From: an uncultured Gemmatimonadaceae bacterium
GTDB lineage: Bacteria; Gemmatimonadota; Gemmatimonadetes; Gemmatimonadales; Gemmatimonadaceae
Assembly (NCBI GenBank): GCA_963843845.1
Contig: CAWJMB010000002.1
Coordinates: 2,336,001-2,400,000, forward strand
Direction: 5' to 3'
Length of the DNA: 64,000 nt
Shown here: piece by piece, positions 60,500 to 64,000 of the stretch
Layout of the letters: each line of letters begins with the position of its first letter
How positions within the stretch are numbered: position 1 is the first letter of the stretch
The notes under the pieces: generated by a model
Databases searched by the model: none
Told to the model about the DNA's origin: nothing
What the model saw: the letters and a program-made list of their open reading frames with translations, nothing else
Program-made: the position numbers and the translations under genes

Positions 60500-63313
60500 T
60501 CAGGCAGGGCGACGGTGCGACGTCGCGGTCGGCACGACGACGATGGTCGTGACGGCGTGGGGCGCCACGCGGATCCGGATACGCGACGAACCCTCCGATC
60601 CGGGCTCGGCCGGCGCGACGTGTTCCACAGGTAGCGTCGCGCCCCACCGTTCGTCGAGGTGCGACGACCAGGCGTCGACGTACGCCGGGACGGTCCACGC
60701 GCCGTCGACCGGCTGCGCGCCGACATTGCGGCACCGAAGCACGACGCCCGCGGCGTCCTCGCTCGGCTTGATGGCGCTCACGACGAGGTCGTCTCCGTGG
60801 AGCGCGATCCCGCGCGTGGATGCCGGAGGGTCCATGGCGGACCGCAGCGTCGTACCGGTCAGCGGCAGCAGCACGTCGTCGGCCATCCGCTCGATCGCGG
60901 CGACGTTCACCGGGTCGTCGCGGATCGTGAAGCCGAACGTCGCCTCGAACGGACCGAGCTGCTGTGCTTCGGGGGTCGCGACTGGCCAGCCTGCGTGACC
61001 GGGGCGCTCCGGCAGGTCGGGGCGCGACAGCTCGCCGACCGCGCGAACCAGCGTGACGGCGACGTCGCCGTTCGGCAGCGCCTCGTATTCACCGAGCCCG
61101 TCGGAGACCAGCACGCACGAGCGTCCGGCGGCGATCAGCGCGACCCAGCGGTGCAGCGGTGCGCTGTTCGGCGGCCGCTCGACCGCGGCCTCCTCGCGCG
61201 ACACGGTGAGCGGGAGACGGTCCACCGCACCGAACGCCGCGTCGGCGAGCACGCGCGCCGCCATGACGCCCGTCCGGAAGACGATCCGGAGTCGATGATC
61301 GCGCGCGGCGTTCGCGCCGCGCACCCGGATCCTCACGAACGCTGCGTCTGCGTCGAGCGAGACGCGCACCGAGATCGGGAGATCGACGGAACGCGACGCG
61401 CGCTGCGACGGCCGGCTGAACCCGTCGCGTGCGGCACGCAGCGCGGCCGGCACGCGCAGCCGATGACCGATCTCGACCTCGCCTCGCACCGGTCCGCGGT
61501 GTAGGACACGCGCGCCGCTCCGACGGACCGCGCGAATCGGTGTGCCGACCGGGGAGTGTGTGTAGAGGTCCCCCGCGTCGCCGACGTCATCGAAGGCGAT
61601 GAGGTCGTCGATCGACATTCCGCACGCTCGGACAGCCACCGCGCCATCCGCGCCGACGTCGACGCGCATCGCGCCGTTGTCCAGCGACGTGCCGTCGACG
61701 ACGACCGGTGCGTCGGGGGTGCTCGGGGCGACGTCGGGTCGTGACGTTGCGGTTGCCGACGCCGCGTCGGTCGTGCCGCCGACCGCGAAGGCACGCAGCC
61801 CGAGCCCCTCCACGGGGGGGAGCCAGACGAGCGCGCGGGCGACCTCGACCAGATCGTCGTCGGGGTAGTGGCGCGGCGCCTCGATGCGCTCGTGCCGCAC
61901 CGACCGGTCGAGAATCTGCACGGCGAGCGCGCTGCGCCCGTCGTGCACGACGGGCGTCGCGCCGGGGGGCGCGACCGGCTCCCACCGGCCCGCGGAACCG
62001 GGTCCGACCGCGACGTCGCGCACGAACGTCGTCAACTCGACCTCGGCGGCGCCGCCACGCGCGTACGGCGCACGGTTGCGCACGACGAGCGACGGCTGCC
62101 ACGCGTCGCGCCGAGTGCGCGCGTGGTCCGCGTCGTGCCCGAGCAGGGTGGCGAGCGCGTCGTCCCGCAGCCCGCACCCCTGCGCGACTGCGCTATCCCA
62201 CCGGGCATCGGCGGCGCGCGCGACCTCGTCGGTCGAACACCCGCACAACGTGTCGTGCGGGTGACAGCGCAGCAGCGTCCGCCACGCGGCGCCCGACAGC
62301 GCGACCGAGCGTGCGGACATCGTGCGCGCGTCCTCCCGATCCCGCAGGGCGAGCAGCGCGAGCCATGGCTCGACGTCGCGCTCCAGCAGCCGTTGCACGC
62401 CGGCGTTGCGGCGCTTCTGCGAGGTTCGCGTCGCGAACGTGCCCTGCAGCGCCCACGCGTATCCGTACGAGTCGCGGAGCTCGCCGTGCACGACCGGGAG
62501 CGTCGCGGCGTCGGCTCGCCGCCGTGCCTCGAACGCGAACTCGGCGAGCGAGGTCTGCAGCACCCGGTCGGGAGACGCCGCGCGCCGAAGGGCGTCGAGC
62601 GCGATCGGCCAGTCGTTCTGCGGGGCGTGGTGATCGGCGCCGTTCGGCACGAGCGCGAGCGCGAGGTGCGCACGCGGCGCGAGCTGCGCGCGGATCTGCG
62701 CCCACCGCTCGCGCGCCGCCTCGTCGCTCGTCGGGAGCGACGAGCCGAGCTCGTAGCCGTCCGGCGCGAGGTGCCAGAGCAGCGTCCGCGCGCCCGACGA
62801 CGACTGCCACCACGCCGCGGCACCCTGCGGCCACCGCGCCCCGCCGTAGCCGCGCCAGACTATCGTCATCCCGCAGCCGAAGCCCTCCGCGAGCAGGGGG
62901 AGCGCGGCGGCGTGACCGAATGCATCAGGCGCGTAGAGCACCGGCGGCGCCGCGGCATCGAATGCGGCGAGCGCGCGACGACCGGCGAGCAGGTTCCGAA
63001 CGAGCGCCTCGCCCGATGGAATCAGCTCGTCGGCGAGGACGTACCACGGTCCCGCTTCCAGCGCCCCGTTCTGCAGCGCGGCCGCGAGCACGTCTCGGCG
63101 CTCGGGACGGACGGCCAGGTAGTCGTCGAGGACGATCGTCTGCCCGTCGAGCAGGAACGGCGAGCCGGGGCCCGCCTGCTCGGGCTGCCCCGCCCGGTCG
63201 AGCAACTCATCGACCAGGGCGACGAGGCGTTGCCGGAAACGCGACGCGGGGTGATACCACTCGCGATCCCAGTGCGTGTGTCGAACGACGTAGACGGCGA
63301 GCGGTGCGGTCAC
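60500..63313 (-). CDS. GH38 alpha-mannosidase / mannosylglycerate hydrolase-like
   Basis: HTHWDREWY, FLLDGQ, GPWYVLADE, PDAFGH, NGADH, HDTLCGCS.DEV. Confidence 0.92.
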   Translation of the reverse strand: MTAPLAVYVVRHTHWDREWYHPASRFRQRLVALVDELLDRAGQPEQAGPGSPFLLDGQTIVLDDYLAVRPERRDVLAAALQNGALEAGPWYVLADELIPSGEALVRNLLAGRRALAAFDAAAPPVLYAPDAFGHAAALPLLAEGFGCGMTIVWRGYGGARWPQGAAAWWQSSSGARTLLWHLAPDGYELGSSLPTSDEAARERWAQIRAQLAPRAHLALALVPNGADHHAPQNDWPIALDALRRAASPDRVLQTSLAEFAFEARRRADAATLPVVHGELRDSYGYAWALQGTFATRTSQKRRNAGVQRLLERDVEPWLALLALRDREDARTMSARSVALSGAAWRTLLRCHPHDTLCGCSTDEVARAADARWDSAVAQGCGLRDDALATLLGHDADHARTRRDAWQPSLVVRNRAPYARGGAAEVELTTFVRDVAVGPGSAGRWEPVAPPGATPVVHDGRSALAVQILDRSVRHERIEAPRHYPDDDLVEVARALVWLPPVEGLGLRAFAVGGTTDAASATATSRPDVAPSTPDAPVVVDGTSLDNGAMRVDVGADGAVAVRACGMSIDDLIAFDDVGDAGDLYTHSPVGTPIRAVRRSGARVLHRGPVRGEVEIGHRLRVPAALRAARDGFSRPSQRASRSVDLPISVRVSLDADAAFVRIRVRGANAARDHRLRIVFRTGVMAARVLADAAFGAVDRLPLTVSREEAAVERPPNSAPLHRWVALIAAGRSCVLVSDGLGEYEALPNGDVAVTLVRAVGELSRPDLPERPGHAGWPVATPEAQQLGPFEATFGFTIRDDPVNVAAIERMADDVLLPLTGTTLRSAMDPPASTRGIALHGDDLVVSAIKPSEDAAGVVLRCRNVGAQPVDGAWTVPAYVDAWSSHLDERWGATLPVEHVAPAEPGSEGSSRIRIRVAPHAVTTIVVVPTATSHRRPA

Positions 63314-63319
63314 GCGCGC

Positions 63320-63325
63320 AAGCTA
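63320..63325 (-). promoter_or_regulatory. Putative -10 box (TAGCTT) 6 nt upstream of the GH38 start; possible leaderless mRNA
   Basis: Minus strand TAGCTT-gcgcgc-GTG with no Shine-Dalgarno. Confidence 0.45.
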
Positions 63326-63346
63326 CGGTGCCGGCTGGATGCGAGA

Positions 63347-63381
63347 CGAGGGGAGCGGCGCACCTCGCGCCCCTCCCCTCG
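63347..63381 (-). terminator. GC-rich hairpin after the small membrane protein gene
   Basis: CGAGGGGAGCGGCGC-acctc-GCGCCCCTCCCCTCG, one mismatch. Confidence 0.55.
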
Positions 63382-63399
63382 CTCACCTGCTTCGTCTGG

Positions 63400-63552
63400 C
63401 TACGCGATCGGACGGCGACCCGTGATCAGGCGATACAGGACCACGATGACCGCGAGCACGAGCAGCAGATGGATCAACCCGCCGGCGACGTGGAACACGC
63501 CGAAGCCGAGGATCCACAGCACGAAGAGTACGACGGCCAATGTCCAGATCAT
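63400..63552 (-). CDS. lmo0937-family (DUF5670-like) 50-aa membrane protein
   Basis: Not in ORF track: MIWTLAVVLFVLWILGFGVFHVAGGLIHLLLVLAVIVVLYRLITGRRPIA*; ATGA overlap with the upstream gene. Confidence 0.85.
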   Translation of the reverse strand: MIWTLAVVLFVLWILGFGVFHVAGGLIHLLLVLAVIVVLYRLITGRRPIA

Positions 63553-63971
63553 GGGAAACCTCGTGGTGACGGTGAGGGTGCGGCGATGGTTGCGTCATCT
63601 TCTAGAGCAACCCTCGTACCGCGATCGCTCATGTGCGCTGTCTGGCGACCGAGCAGGATGCGCGCGGCGCGCACGTCGTGACCGACGTCGATGAGCAGAT
63701 TCGCCAGGTCGCCCGCCCCCCAGAGGAGTCCGGCGAGCACGATGAGGCGGCTCACTTCGCTCAGGAGCGTGGGCAGCGCCGACGTTCCCTGCGTGTACAG
63801 ACCGGTGCTCACCTCGAGCACGAGGAGGAGGAGGAGAAAGACCGCGATCAGCCGGAACAGCTTCGACAGATAGCCAAGCCCGGTATAGGGCTCGAGATCG
63901 GCGGCGCGCACGTTCATCAGGGGATCGGTACCGGCGCGTCGCCCCGCGTCGGTCGTCTGTGGGTCGGTCAT
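63549..63971 (-). CDS. Hypothetical two-TM membrane protein
   Basis: 140-aa ORF preceded by GAGG; LEPY.GL.YLSKLFR...LLIDVGHDVRA.RILLGR. Confidence 0.75.
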   Translation of the reverse strand: MTDPQTTDAGRRAGTDPLMNVRAADLEPYTGLGYLSKLFRLIAVFLLLLLVLEVSTGLYTQGTSALPTLLSEVSRLIVLAGLLWGAGDLANLLIDVGHDVRAARILLGRQTAHMSDRGTRVALEDDATIAAPSPSPRGFP

Positions 63972-64000
63972 CGTGCCTCTCGGGTGAGCTACTTTTCGCG

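Overview
GC-rich (roughly 70% by eye), gene-dense bacterial chromosome segment. Gene content and style suggest Gemmatimonadota (inference, not tested). I found no mobile elements, CRISPR arrays or rRNA. In order the window holds: pyrF/pyrD, an amidase, smpB and tRNA-Leu(CAG); an Rrf2 regulator and aspA; a long minus-strand gene run (putative phosphatidylinositol-phosphate synthase + ino1, 2-oxoacid dehydrogenase E1a/E1b/E2, PHP, SDR, trxB, MBL hydrolase); a plus-strand peptidoglycan/amino-sugar recycling locus (nagZ, AmiE-like hydrolase, two SSS transporters, long nagB, BadF-type kinase, with iscA/erpA embedded); DAACS and APC transporters and hppA; a tonB-exbB-exbD-exbD-tonB cluster downstream of two two-component systems; a peroxiredoxin, tRNA-Ala(TGC) and trxC; an actABCDEF Alternative Complex III operon; and an uncharacterised catabolic locus (heparinase II/III-like lyase, class III aminotransferase, two amidohydrolases, trmJ, ATPase-less Dpp-type ABC parts, GH38). 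About nine genes carry frameshifts that look like single-base-insertion sequencing errors. Most notable signals: (1) an iterated octamer CGTTAGGC (12 exact copies found by eye) that accounts for almost every rare TTA codon I found and also occurs outside Leu codons; (2) a perfect Rex/CRP-type palindrome just upstream of the ACIII operon; (3) an ActB retaining an N-terminal CxxCxxxC Fe-S motif; (4) an NtrC-like regulator with a degenerate ATPase domain and no HTH; (5) the inositol-lipid gene pair.
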